Of a stretch of DNA of 42,306 nt, positions 17,256 through 27,429 are shown piece after piece. The stretch is from a virus. Taxonomy: Duplodnaviria; Caudoviricetes. The DNA is taken from positions 1-42,306 of IMG/VR virus record IMGVR_UViG_3300020571_000010; one strand, written 5' to 3'. How positions within the stretch are numbered: the first letter of the stretch is position 1; every line of letters starts with the position of its first letter. The translations under genes and the position numbers were made by a program. The notes beneath the pieces are model-generated. The model saw nothing but the letters and a program-made list of their open reading frames with translations, did no database searches and had not been told where the DNA came from.

Positions 17256-19055
17256 TCATTTGATTGGGTTCCCTTGTGCGTCAAACCGCATGCGGGTGGT
17301 TCCGCCGGGGCTTCCTGCGCCGGGGGCTGGCGCAATTGTACGGCCCTCTGCCGCTGCCAGCAACCGATCAGTCTCCCGTTGCACCATCATGTCAACAAGG
17401 CCCGGGTTCTTGCGGGTATCCGCCAACAACCGCATGTTGGTCTTGAGCTCGTTCTGCACGTTGTCTTTGGCCTTGTTGGCAATCTCAGCGCGCTGGTTTG
17501 GCGTCAACTCAGTCTTGCCACTTTCACGGGCAGCCGCACTGATCCGGGTAGCCTGAAGTTGGGTTGCGTTACGCTCGCGTGCCTCAGTAGCTCTTTGGTC
17601 AATCTCAAGGCGCTTGAGCGTGTTCTCCTGTGCCAACTTTGCGGCTTCACGCTCGTCCGTAACGAGTGCTTTGGCAGCTTCGAACTCTTCCTTGTAGACC
17701 TGATCGAAGCGGGCTTTGCCCACGTTGTACTGTTCGGTGGCGAACGCCCGCACGGCGTCGATTTTCTTCTGCGAGATTTCCAGTGCCTGCTTCGACAGAT
17801 CGAACTGCTCCAGTTGGCGAGCCTTTTCGGCTTTGCGCAGGCCAGCAGCACCGGCAGCCCCAGCCTCGAACGAGGACATGCCGCGAGGTGTGGCAGCGAT
17901 CTGGCCAAGGTACTCCATAAGCTGGCCGAACGAGTCTTGCGGACCTTCCAGTTGGGCCTTGCGTTTTTCCAGCTCCGCAATCATGCGGTCGTGGGTTGAG
18001 GTGTCCAGCTCGCCAATTTCCTTGCGGCGGCGGGCTTGCTCAGCTTCGCGCTCGGCCATGGGGTCCATGTCCAGTCTCGCCTTTATCTTCTGAGCGGCGT
18101 CTGAGACTTGGGCAGGTGCCGTAGGCTGTTCGACTGGAGCTGGTGTCGGTGCAGCAGCCACGGGTGCTGGAGCCTGCTGGCGGCGCTTTTGGTCAGCCAG
18201 TGCCTTCAGGTCTGCAATGGGTTTTGGTGCGGGGGGCGCGCTGCGCGATGCTGCGTCGGACGCGTTGATGGCTCCACGATTCTCCGCTTGTGTTGGCGCA
18301 GGCTTCTTGGCCGCGACTTCACGAGCAGAAGCTTCGGATGCGGGCGCATTTTCTGAAGACGCCAAGAAGCGAGCGCGGGCGTCCATGAGCGGAGTCATGC
18401 TGGTGCCGCCGTGCTGCGTCAGGCCATACAAACCACGGATTGGGGCAGCGACGACATCGCCAGCAGCGGCCAACGGCGCAGACAAAAACGCCAAAGCTTT
18501 GAGGATGCCTTCGTTATCTTTTTTGCGCTCTGGGCGCTCCGCGTCTTCCCGGTTCTCGCGGTACAGCTTGTCAATACGGGTCTCGTATTCTTCGCCCTCA
18601 TCTCCGCCTTTTTTGAACGCAACGATGCCGCCACCCGCGAGGCCGAACTCCACGGGCAGATCGTCGATGCCTTGGGCGCTGGGTTGCGCTTGGGCAAATT
18701 GCGTCCCTTCTGGGACTGGACCGGGGCCAGCTTGCTGCATCATGGCCTGCATGGCTTGTTGCTTTTGCTGGGCTTGAACTTGCTGGGCTTGCATCTTCTG
18801 GCGGGCCTGCTCGCGCACGGAATCCATGACGGTGGGGGGCTTGCCTTGTGGGCCTTGCATCTGGGCAAGTTGGTCCATGGCCTGTTGCTTGGCCACGGCG
18901 TCTGTTTCGTTCGTGACGATGTTCAATGCCATCAGCTCGTGCAGGTCTGGTGGCAGGCCGGGCTTGCCCTGCTGCTCTTGCTGGATGCGCTGCTGGAGCG
19001 GTGCTGGGTTCCCACGGAACAGGGAGGCGATGCCTTGGGCGCTGGGTTGACTCAT
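17256..19055 (-). CDS. putative internal virion/ejection protein (599 aa)
   Basis: Gln/Ala-rich and helical; LAGGGIVAFKKGG motif; lies in ejection-protein position. Confidence 0.6.
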   Translation of the reverse strand: MSQPSAQGIASLFRGNPAPLQQRIQQEQQGKPGLPPDLHELMALNIVTNETDAVAKQQAMDQLAQMQGPQGKPPTVMDSVREQARQKMQAQQVQAQQKQQAMQAMMQQAGPGPVPEGTQFAQAQPSAQGIDDLPVEFGLAGGGIVAFKKGGDEGEEYETRIDKLYRENREDAERPERKKDNEGILKALAFLSAPLAAAGDVVAAPIRGLYGLTQHGGTSMTPLMDARARFLASSENAPASEASAREVAAKKPAPTQAENRGAINASDAASRSAPPAPKPIADLKALADQKRRQQAPAPVAAAPTPAPVEQPTAPAQVSDAAQKIKARLDMDPMAEREAEQARRRKEIGELDTSTHDRMIAELEKRKAQLEGPQDSFGQLMEYLGQIAATPRGMSSFEAGAAGAAGLRKAEKARQLEQFDLSKQALEISQKKIDAVRAFATEQYNVGKARFDQVYKEEFEAAKALVTDEREAAKLAQENTLKRLEIDQRATEARERNATQLQATRISAAARESGKTELTPNQRAEIANKAKDNVQNELKTNMRLLADTRKNPGLVDMMVQRETDRLLAAAEGRTIAPAPGAGSPGGTTRMRFDAQGNPIK

Positions 19056-19064
19056 GATCTGTCC

Positions 19065-22000
19065 TTAATTTTTTGCGGGGGCTGCTGTCTTGCCACTCAA
19101 GATGTCCAAGAGCTGCTGTACTGTCGTGGCCCCGCCAGCAAACTGCTGCAAATTACTGGCCCCCGGGATGTTGTACGACTGCGCCGCCAATGGCAAGCCC
19201 GAGAGCAGCGACTGCTGGAACTGCACCATCTTGTAGGGGTTCAGGCGAGCTTCCTCGAACTGCGCCTTGTCGGCTGCAATGCCCTCCGACTCGATGCCAC
19301 GCTGAACACCGCCAGCTTCCAGTGTGCCGCGCAGGTTCGCCAGATCGGACTGCGACTGGAGAGCCCCAGCCTGAGCTTGGGTCTGTGCACCTTGCAGGCC
19401 AGTCTGCAAACCCTGCAGGCCAAACGTGGCACCGAACTGCGCCTCTTGTGCGCTGCGTGCTTGGTCGGCATTGAACTGCTGCATGGCTTTGTCGTAGGCG
19501 GTGGAGTACCCCTGCGCCAGCGCATCGGACTGTTTGCCCATCAGGTTGCGGCGACCCTCAGATTCCATGATGGCCTGACGGCTACCGCCATACGCCCCGG
19601 CCTGCGTCAAGCGGCCAGCGTCTTGAACGCGGGCAATATCCGCAGCACGTTGCATTTCAGCCATCTGCGGACGCAAAGCGGACTCAAGGTACGGGTTCAT
19701 GTACTGCTGCGCAATGTTTCCAACCGGCTGTGAGGCCTGTGGCTGCTGTGGCTGTCGGCCCTGCTGACCTTGCATCAGACCGGGCAGGCCAGCTTCCTGA
19801 CTTGGTGGGCGCATAACGCCCCCGGTCATTGCATCGCCCTGCATGAAAGGCTCGGACGACTCGCCAAAAGGCAGGGGCGTGCCTCCGCCAGTGGAAGGCT
19901 CTTGCTGAAAACCCGGAGGCAGCTTGTTGCTAGGGAGCGTTGACATGCCACCCTGAAGTCGTGGGTCGCCGGGTTGCAGCTTCACGAGATCGCGGGACTC
20001 AGCGCCCGTAGCTGGGTTGTATTGCGAGCCGCCATATTCACGCATGGGCTTCGTCTGAAACATGCCGCGACCGTCTTCCGAGCGATACGTTCCTGTGCTT
20101 TCATCAAAGTCACGAGAGCCCCCGGCGTAGTTAATGCCATTGTCTTGCTGGGGGTCGTAATCGTTGCGGGGGCCGTCGGCAAGAAGGGGCTCCCGACCGT
20201 TATAGATTCCCGCTGGTGGAGGGGTGGGGCCTCCTGTGGGTGGAGGTGCCACACCGGGGCGTGGCATTGGGATGGGGTTGGAGGGAGTGCCCATCGGGTA
20301 GGGCTGCTGCTGGGGCATGCCCATGCCCATGCCGTAGGACGGAGCCATGTCCAGACCCGTTCTGTTTGGTGTGCCCAAGAACGATGTGGTCTGTGGGGTG
20401 TACCGCATGTTTGCCGCCAAGTTGGCGATGCCGCCAGCAGTGTTGGCAGCCTGACCAATAGAGCCGGGCGTGCGAAGATTCCCGGCCATGTTGAACGCTT
20501 GGTTCTGCAGTTGGGATGAACCCGCTGTCAGCGGGCCGGTGTAGGCATCGTATGGCTTGTTGGCCAGTGCCGCGCCTTGGCCAAGCATATTGGTGACGTA
20601 ATCGCCACCCCAGTTGGACAAGCTGGACTCGGAGCCTGTAGCCCCGGCGGGCATTGTTGTTCCGCCTGTTGCGTATTTTTTCACAGAGCCTCCCGGCATG
20701 AATTTGTTGGGGTCGATTTGCTTGCCCTGCTCGGTGGTGCCGGTGCGCTCTTCACGAACACGGTCCATCATGGCGTACAGCTTCTTGGCACCCTTTTTGG
20801 CGTCACCGCCACCAATTTTTTTGACCATCTCAGGGGAGATGAACGCTTCTTCGTTGGCAACACGGGCCTCTTGCTTGCCGCCAATGGTTGTAGGGATGGA
20901 GTCGCTCATGCCATCGCCTTTACCCTTGATGGGCTCAGCTCCAAGGTTTGAAACAAGCAGCTTTAGGCCAGCTTCGGAACTGCCGTTGCCCAAGTGGCTC
21001 ACCACGTCAGCGGGAATCACAAATCCATTTGGCAAGAGACCCCCCGCAGCAGCGCCGATGACGGGTTCGTTTTGCGCACCGTATGCCTTGGCTGCATTAA
21101 GGGTTGATTCGTCAACACCAAACTGCTGCATAGCACCCTGCAGCGCCTCCTGCGAAGGATTGGTGGCAAGAAAGCTGTTGATGCTGTCGTAAACGCTGTT
21201 GATGCCGCCTGCAGCTTGACCCTCTTGGCTGCTGGCCCAATCGTTCACATCGGGCGGTGGAGCTGCGGGCTGGGGCGCGGGCTGCGGTGCTGGTGCCGCC
21301 CCAGCAATGCCGCCGCCCACGGTGACATTAGGAGCGGCTGCGGCTTGTTGTTGCCCGCGCTGAGCAGTGGCTGCTGCGCCAGCGGTCTGCTTGGCCATCC
21401 AATTAGGGTCCTCCCACATGCCGTATCCCTGCGGAGAATGCGCAAGTGTTGGGTCCAAACCCATCTGTGTGGCCGAATACATGGCATCGCGGCGGTCCTG
21501 CCGTTTCAGTTGCTCTTGAGCTTGCTGCTGGACGATTGGACTGTTGTAGGGATCAGTGATGCCTTGCTTGGCATACACATCAGCCAACGTGCCCTGACCC
21601 AGCGGGTTTGCTTGAGTCATCTGCCACTGGATGTAGTTTTTCACCTCTTCCGGGGTGGCGTCTTTGTTGGGGTCCATCGAAAACGTCAGGCCCTTCATGA
21701 GCTCGGCATCCTCGGCTGACAGGGTGTCCTTGTTAGCCGTCACCGCTCCACCAAAGGCGTTGACCCGGTAACCATCTGGCGTTATCACATCACCCGTCTT
21801 GGGGTTGTAGATTCCTTGAGCGGTAAGGATGCGACCGTCCGGCAGCGGCGTTCCTTTCGTTGCGCCTGTGTATGGGGTTTGCTGATAGCCGGGCCGCGCA
21901 ATAGCGCCATATTGGCCGGGCACAGAGACTGCGGAACCGCCCGGCTTAGTAGCACCCGGCGTTGGAACGCCACCGCCTACAACCACATTACCGGAACCGC

Positions 22001-22712
22001 CACCCGAGCCCCCGCCAACCACTGGTGTTGTTGGGGTTGTTGGGGTTGTTGGGGTTGTTGGTTTCGGATTCAACTGGTTCAGCAGCGTGACCAAATCAGA
22101 TTGGCCGAGACCACCCTGTTGGCCCTCGTATGTGGCACCACGGTTGAATGGGTTGTTGATGGCAGCTTGGCGCAGCTCCTCCAAGGTCTTCTCGTTGGAG
22201 GAAACAACATTACCTTTTTCGTCGCGGAACGTGGCACCACCGCCGTAGTTGATGCCGCCCGAGCCGGGACGACGACCCACAGGAGGCGCTGTCAGCATGT
22301 TGCTTGTGGCCGTCAGTTTGGGAATTTTGCCTTGGTAGCCGGTGGGCGTGGAGCCGCTTGGGCGTGATGCCGCTAGCAACCCACCACCAAGAGCGGCCAA
22401 CTGGGCGGGGTTTGTCAGAATGCCTTTGAGTTGGTTCCAAAGCGGCGTCCCATAAGAAGCAATAATTTTCTCCATGGCGGCACGCGCCGCTGGAGTCATT
22501 GCACCCTGCAGCCAATCCGAGTAAGACTTGCCACCAGTAATTTCTTTCAATTCCTGTTCCGGGATAAGGCCCGCTGCCGTGTCTGCATCAGCGCCATCAT
22601 CGCTCGGCGAAGGGGTGTCGGTTCCGTAGCCGGGGATTACAACTTCCGTTACCGGGGTCTCGCTCTCGCCGTTATCGCGCAGCTCGCCGTCTTCATCAAT
22701 GTAAAGCGCCAT
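19065..22712 (-). CDS. putative DNA pilot/ejection protein (1215 aa, multi-module)
   Basis: GDGMSDSIP domain; C-terminal YMNPY..GAYGGSR.A..QGY pilot-like region; low-complexity linkers. Confidence 0.6.
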   Translation of the reverse strand: MALYIDEDGELRDNGESETPVTEVVIPGYGTDTPSPSDDGADADTAAGLIPEQELKEITGGKSYSDWLQGAMTPAARAAMEKIIASYGTPLWNQLKGILTNPAQLAALGGGLLAASRPSGSTPTGYQGKIPKLTATSNMLTAPPVGRRPGSGGINYGGGATFRDEKGNVVSSNEKTLEELRQAAINNPFNRGATYEGQQGGLGQSDLVTLLNQLNPKPTTPTTPTTPTTPVVGGGSGGGSGNVVVGGGVPTPGATKPGGSAVSVPGQYGAIARPGYQQTPYTGATKGTPLPDGRILTAQGIYNPKTGDVITPDGYRVNAFGGAVTANKDTLSAEDAELMKGLTFSMDPNKDATPEEVKNYIQWQMTQANPLGQGTLADVYAKQGITDPYNSPIVQQQAQEQLKRQDRRDAMYSATQMGLDPTLAHSPQGYGMWEDPNWMAKQTAGAAATAQRGQQQAAAAPNVTVGGGIAGAAPAPQPAPQPAAPPPDVNDWASSQEGQAAGGINSVYDSINSFLATNPSQEALQGAMQQFGVDESTLNAAKAYGAQNEPVIGAAAGGLLPNGFVIPADVVSHLGNGSSEAGLKLLVSNLGAEPIKGKGDGMSDSIPTTIGGKQEARVANEEAFISPEMVKKIGGGDAKKGAKKLYAMMDRVREERTGTTEQGKQIDPNKFMPGGSVKKYATGGTTMPAGATGSESSLSNWGGDYVTNMLGQGAALANKPYDAYTGPLTAGSSQLQNQAFNMAGNLRTPGSIGQAANTAGGIANLAANMRYTPQTTSFLGTPNRTGLDMAPSYGMGMGMPQQQPYPMGTPSNPIPMPRPGVAPPPTGGPTPPPAGIYNGREPLLADGPRNDYDPQQDNGINYAGGSRDFDESTGTYRSEDGRGMFQTKPMREYGGSQYNPATGAESRDLVKLQPGDPRLQGGMSTLPSNKLPPGFQQEPSTGGGTPLPFGESSEPFMQGDAMTGGVMRPPSQEAGLPGLMQGQQGRQPQQPQASQPVGNIAQQYMNPYLESALRPQMAEMQRAADIARVQDAGRLTQAGAYGGSRQAIMESEGRRNLMGKQSDALAQGYSTAYDKAMQQFNADQARSAQEAQFGATFGLQGLQTGLQGAQTQAQAGALQSQSDLANLRGTLEAGGVQRGIESEGIAADKAQFEEARLNPYKMVQFQQSLLSGLPLAAQSYNIPGASNLQQFAGGATTVQQLLDILSGKTAAPAKN
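22022..22061 (-). repeat. 9-bp tandem repeat encoding (PTT)n
   Basis: (ggggttgtt)n on + strand. Confidence 0.85.
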
Positions 22713-22713
22713 C

Positions 22714-24210
22714 TCAGCTCCTTAAAAGCCGCGCAAGTTCGCGGGCTCGTGTAACAGGGTCACCTGCCGGAGGCGCAGACAGGGAAGTTCCAAAAATATC
22801 TTCCATCAATTGTACGTCTGCAGAGTTATCCTGACCAGATGACACAATCGTTGGTGCGGCTTGCTGTCCGCCGCCCAAAAGGGATGCGAGCTGGTTGATG
22901 TCGATGCCCTGCCCCGGCTTGGTTGGAACCTTGGCCACCCCCGCAGGTGGCTTTGCCGCAGCGCCCGGAGTTTTGGGGGCACCTGCGCCAGCGCTGTTCA
23001 TGATCTGCTGGCCAGTCAACGGCGTCTTGCTGTTCTGCATGTAGCTGGTGTCGATCACCGTGCCGTCGGGCAGAGTCCAGTTGCCAGTGTCTGGGTTGTA
23101 TTGGTAGTCGTCCATGGAACCAATGTTGGTCCCCGAGGTCTCATTGGTCAGATCGCCAAAACTCAGAGCACCGCCTTCATCCGGCATGAAGTGGCCAGTG
23201 ATCTCGTCAAAGTACCCCTTGGTGTCCGGGGCATAGGTAGGCGGGGCAATATAACCCTCACCACCCGGGGCAAAGTACCCCTCGATCATGTCAGAGCTTT
23301 TGGGTCCGTCGAAAGCATCCTTTGGTAAAAAACCAGCGCCAGCCTTGATGATGGCCGCTGGGTCCTCGCTTTGGAGGGCCGTAACCATGCCAAGTGCCTT
23401 GCCGATGTCTTGCGTGGAGAACCCGGCCACCTCAGAAACACCGGCCAAGTTTGCCCCGCCGAGCGCAGCGCCCAGCAGGTCCTTGCTCTCCAGCGCCTTG
23501 AGCACGGTCGCAGCCTGCCGTACGTTGTTGAGTGTGTTTGCCGTCTCGATACTTGCCCCGAGTTTTCCAGCCAGCGGCACTGCGGCGCTCAGGCCAGACA
23601 GCAGCGCCTTTTCCCAATCGCCTTTGGATGCCGCGTATGCAGCATTGGCCGCAGCGATGTAGGGGCCGACGCCGGGGATAAACGGGGCAACCATGTTGAC
23701 GGCAGGGCGCAGGAAGTCCTCACGAAACTCCATCCAATCGCTTTGCTTTGGTGTTGAATAGGCCACAGGCGTGCCATCAGGGGCAAACTGCAACTTGTAT
23801 TCGTTTTTAAAACCATGGTTAGGCATAGTGACAGCCGCACCTGTGGGTTTGTGGTACAGCTCGGTGTCCATGTAGGTCTCAGGCCCGTTGTACCCGTCTT
23901 GCGTGCGCTCCACTTGCCTCTGGCCAAGGTCGTAGATCGAGTCGGTGCCGGTCTCTGCCAGCCGGAAGGCAGTATCCCAGACCGTATCAGCTTCCCCAAT
24001 CTTGCCAGCAGAGGTCGGCACCTTGTATTTCTTTTTCTGGTCTGCCAACTCTTGGTGAATGGCAATCACCCGATCCGCAAACGACAGTCCTTTTTCGGAC
24101 TTACCGCCCTCAAGACCGCCGTACGTCTTGCGGATGAAGTCGGCAGTGATGTCGCCAGAACGCGCTTGATTGGCGTACTGGGAATATGCGTCGTCCCATG
24201 GGTTTGCCAT
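22714..24210 (-). CDS. putative internal virion protein (498 aa)
   Basis: abuts both neighbours; Gly/Ala-rich hydrophobic helices (FIPGVGPYIAAA). Confidence 0.55.
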   Translation of the reverse strand: MANPWDDAYSQYANQARSGDITADFIRKTYGGLEGGKSEKGLSFADRVIAIHQELADQKKKYKVPTSAGKIGEADTVWDTAFRLAETGTDSIYDLGQRQVERTQDGYNGPETYMDTELYHKPTGAAVTMPNHGFKNEYKLQFAPDGTPVAYSTPKQSDWMEFREDFLRPAVNMVAPFIPGVGPYIAAANAAYAASKGDWEKALLSGLSAAVPLAGKLGASIETANTLNNVRQAATVLKALESKDLLGAALGGANLAGVSEVAGFSTQDIGKALGMVTALQSEDPAAIIKAGAGFLPKDAFDGPKSSDMIEGYFAPGGEGYIAPPTYAPDTKGYFDEITGHFMPDEGGALSFGDLTNETSGTNIGSMDDYQYNPDTGNWTLPDGTVIDTSYMQNSKTPLTGQQIMNSAGAGAPKTPGAAAKPPAGVAKVPTKPGQGIDINQLASLLGGGQQAAPTIVSSGQDNSADVQLMEDIFGTSLSAPPAGDPVTRARELARLLRS

Positions 24211-24211
24211 A

Positions 24212-24466
24212 TCAGACCTTCACTTTCAATACGTTGGACGCCGTGGTGTCCCGGTATACGTCACCCACGCGCAGATTGGCCACATCCGCCTGCGTTGGAA
24301 GCGTGTTGATGTCGATGTTTAAAGCGGCAATGTTGATTGGTTGCACAGCATTGATCTGCTTGAAGAACAAGTTGAAGATGTTCTGCATCTGGTCCATGAA
24401 CGCAGTGGTGTACTGCGCTGGCGCGGCGGTTGGCCGAGGCGGGGTTACGCGACTGAACATGCCCAT
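24212..24466 (-). CDS. small virion-associated protein
   Basis: GGAGA SD; LPT...L.VGDVYRD..VLKV; follows tail hub gene. Confidence 0.7.
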   Translation of the reverse strand: MGMFSRVTPPRPTAAPAQYTTAFMDQMQNIFNLFFKQINAVQPINIAALNIDINTLPTQADVANLRVGDVYRDTTASNVLKVKV

Positions 24467-24468
24467 GG

Positions 24469-26379
24469 TTATCTCCGTCCGTCAGGTCTGAGGTCGAGTC
24501 GGGGAGCCCCAAGCTGCCACGTTACGCCAAGCCCATCGCTCTCCACCTTCACAGACATCTGACGTGCCCGCACCCGGGTGAAAATCTGGCCGGTGAATTC
24601 TTCAATCGGCAGAACTGCGGTGCGCGTGATTGGCCGGTTGTTCTCACCTCCCACCGAAGGAGGCGTGGTGTACCCAGAACCCGAGTTCTTCAGAGGCTGC
24701 ATGTACATCCGGGCCGTAGGGGACGCGGCGTCAGACCCCCGGAAAGTGATGTCCGGCAGGACGCGGTATAGGAACATGAAGTTGTGCCCGTCGTCCAGAT
24801 CGAATTCAGCGGACGTGATCGTTGCTGCGATTGGCGTAGGCATGGCCGTGGAGTTGTCGTCCACACCCGACTCATGGTTCACAATGTTGTTCAGGTACGT
24901 CGCAGCAATTGGGTAGTCCCGCAGGCCGGAATCCAGCCATGCCGAGCGGCTCATGTTGCCGTAGTACCAGATGTCTTCAAGGTAGTTGTAGATGACGTAC
25001 TTGTCCGCTACCAGCGATCCAGCAGAGCAGTAGAACCACCAGACCTCGTTGAAACCCTCATTGGTCCCAGCAAACACCTGCGAATACTGGTCTTTGTCCA
25101 GATCGGAGAAGATGTACTGGCGCAGATCGCAGCGCAAGGTTTGGACTCGACCATCGTACTTGTAGAACTTGTCCACGCCCATCCAGAACGTGACGCCAGA
25201 TGCAATGGTGACTGCGTTCTGGCTGACGATGGACGTGTTGTCGCCCAGCAGTGTTGCGCCCCACACAGCCGGTGGTCCAAGGTACTGCAGGGCATACACG
25301 GCGTTGTCGGTGAACACAATGATTTCTTGGCGCGATTGGATTGCCGTGATGATCTCTGAACCCCGGGATAGCTGCAGGCTACCCGCTTGGTTTGTTGCTG
25401 CTGGCGTCCAGTTTGCCGCATCCTCTTGGTCGGACCAGCGGATCAACATCGGGTTTTGCGTGGCACTTCCAAGATCGTTGCATCCAAAGCACAGCACGAA
25501 GCGACTTACGTCCGAAACCAATATGGTGTTCTGCACCGTGGGCACATCCGAAGCGCCGCCCAAGGATGTCAGGTTTACTGCCCGGGTGCCTGTGCCAGCC
25601 GAAGAGTCCCAGTAGTAAATGGCTCCGCCTCGTGGCCCGAAGATCAGGTCTTCGCCAAAGTTGAACTGGCTCCACAGGCGCAGGGTTTCCAAGGACGATG
25701 TGCCTGTACCCCATGGGCCAGCGCCCCAGCCGCCAGCGCCCCAGCCGACCAGCGGGACGGCGTACTCAAAGCCGGTGTTGATCTGGTAAGCGGCAACGAC
25801 CGAAGCCCCGCCGCCCGGAGAGCCCGACACGTCAGTGGCGTTGGCCGTAGCCGAGACGGTGATGGTGTAGGAGTTTGCATCCACCACGGTGACTTGGTAT
25901 TCTGCGTTGAGCACGCCCGCCGTGATGTTGCCGCCAAGGCCTACTGCCCCGCTGAAGGTCACAAAGTCCCCAGTGAGGCAGCCGTGTGCGGTGTCTGTGA
26001 CGGTGATGACGCTGGAGCCCAGCGTGGCCACGAACGGGTTGTTGTTGATCGTCGGGGAACCGCGCAACGGCGTGATGTCGTAGTACGAGCCGCCGTTTTC
26101 AATGTAGAACTTGAGGTTCGTGCCCACGCCCAGCAGGTTGGCCCCGCCCAGCGTCACCCAGTTCCAAAGCGACCGGCATACACCAAGGAAGGAGTTTGCC
26201 GAGATGCGCTCCCAGCCACCGATCTTTTCAGGTGATCCAGAACGGAACCGAATCTTGTCGCACTCGTACCAGCCAGCAGAATACGCGCCGTTGACCCCCG
26301 TGGGTCCGACATTTTCTGAGAGGTAGCGCGTGTTTTCGCGGCTTACCCCCGGGCGGAATAGTAATTTTTTGAGTGGCAT
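24469..26379 (-). CDS. tail hub/stabilisation protein (P22 gp10 / tubular protein B-like)
   Basis: 636 aa, beta-rich; IRWSDQED, EVWWFY, LDLRPDGRR end; GAGG SD. Confidence 0.75.
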   Translation of the reverse strand: MPLKKLLFRPGVSRENTRYLSENVGPTGVNGAYSAGWYECDKIRFRSGSPEKIGGWERISANSFLGVCRSLWNWVTLGGANLLGVGTNLKFYIENGGSYYDITPLRGSPTINNNPFVATLGSSVITVTDTAHGCLTGDFVTFSGAVGLGGNITAGVLNAEYQVTVVDANSYTITVSATANATDVSGSPGGGASVVAAYQINTGFEYAVPLVGWGAGGWGAGPWGTGTSSLETLRLWSQFNFGEDLIFGPRGGAIYYWDSSAGTGTRAVNLTSLGGASDVPTVQNTILVSDVSRFVLCFGCNDLGSATQNPMLIRWSDQEDAANWTPAATNQAGSLQLSRGSEIITAIQSRQEIIVFTDNAVYALQYLGPPAVWGATLLGDNTSIVSQNAVTIASGVTFWMGVDKFYKYDGRVQTLRCDLRQYIFSDLDKDQYSQVFAGTNEGFNEVWWFYCSAGSLVADKYVIYNYLEDIWYYGNMSRSAWLDSGLRDYPIAATYLNNIVNHESGVDDNSTAMPTPIAATITSAEFDLDDGHNFMFLYRVLPDITFRGSDAASPTARMYMQPLKNSGSGYTTPPSVGGENNRPITRTAVLPIEEFTGQIFTRVRARQMSVKVESDGLGVTWQLGAPRLDLRPDGRR

Positions 26380-26410
26380 CGGTTACCTCGGCTTTGCGGC
26401 ATTTTCGCAC

Positions 26411-26926
26411 TTAACTCAGAAACAGCGCAATTTCAGCTTCCCGGCGCTTGACCAGCCCGGGCAGAACCTTGCCGCCACCCTTGGTCCAAGCCCGGAACGC
26501 ATCGGCTGCACCCTCCCAGTCACCCCGGTTGGCCTTCATTCGGATGGTGCTGCGCTGGAGGTTGCCTAGCCCGAAGTTGAAGGAAATAGAGACAAGAGCG
26601 TCAAAAGCGCCTTGACGCCCAACCACGCTGGGAACAAGACGAAGAACACCCCGTTCAAAAGTTCCGACATCAACTCGGAATAGTTCGTCGATCTCTTCTT
26701 TTGTCCAGACACGGTTGTCCTCCGGTTTTAGTGGGAACTCACTGCGGATCATGGGGATGTCGGCTTTGGTCTTGCCCGGTGGCCGGACCATGGGAAGCCT
26801 GATCTGCTCTTGGTACAGGACATGGCCGTAGCCAATCGTCCAGATGTGCGCTGGGCAAAGGTAGGGCCGAGAGCGTTTGCCCTCGAACCGGTGCATCAGG
26901 TCTTCGCCTGCCTTGCTCAGTTTCAC
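26411..26926 (-). CDS. endolysin, GH24 lysozyme
   Basis: E-x8-C-x5-T triad (FEG..YLCPAHIWTIGYGH), FDALVS..FN.G, GLVKRREAE. Confidence 0.95.
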   Translation of the reverse strand: MKLSKAGEDLMHRFEGKRSRPYLCPAHIWTIGYGHVLYQEQIRLPMVRPPGKTKADIPMIRSEFPLKPEDNRVWTKEEIDELFRVDVGTFERGVLRLVPSVVGRQGAFDALVSISFNFGLGNLQRSTIRMKANRGDWEGAADAFRAWTKGGGKVLPGLVKRREAEIALFLS

Positions 26927-27429
26927 TTCTTGCTCCAGCCGCGAGAGCCAAACCAGAAACCGATGATGCCACCAAGCATTGCCATCTCGTCAGCACTGAA
27001 GATCAGGTCGGAATAGCGGATCACGTCGTCAATGCTTTGGATCAGGGTTGGGTGACTCCACAGGTACACCGCCATGAAAGCGTTGATCGCCACCAGCTCC
27101 AGAACGAATATGTAGGTCACCATGGGCCGCACGGTGCCCACAAAGTTAACGACCCATGTACTTGCCCTTGCCAACACCTTTTCATCGTGCGAGAGCGCGG
27201 CTTCGGTCATTCGAGCATCGGTCTCCATTTGGACCTGTTCGGTACGGATTTCCTCAATCTTTGCTTGGGCGGCAAACCCGGCAGCGGCCATAGCCAACTC
27301 GCGCTCGTTCTGCAGCGCCGCCAGCTTCAGCTCGTGCGCCTGATCGGCCTTGTTCTGGAAGTACTCCAGCAGCTTCGGCAAGCCGGAGATCAGCAGACCC
27401 CCAAGTGTTGAAAGAAGTGTAAGCATCAA
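26923..27429 (-). CDS. holin (3-TM, GTA-holin-like)
   Basis: VRP.VTY; hydrophobic segments; GFWFGSR end; GTGA overlap with endolysin. Confidence 0.75.
   Translation of the reverse strand: MMLTLLSTLGGLLISGLPKLLEYFQNKADQAHELKLAALQNERELAMAAAGFAAQAKIEEIRTEQVQMETDARMTEAALSHDEKVLARASTWVVNFVGTVRPMVTYIFVLELVAINAFMAVYLWSHPTLIQSIDDVIRYSDLIFSADEMAMLGGIIGFWFGSRGWSKK

Noticed and set aside
26411-26926. SAR endolysin (Cys-type catalytic triad)
   Set aside because: No N-terminal hydrophobic SAR segment; looks like a soluble endolysin.
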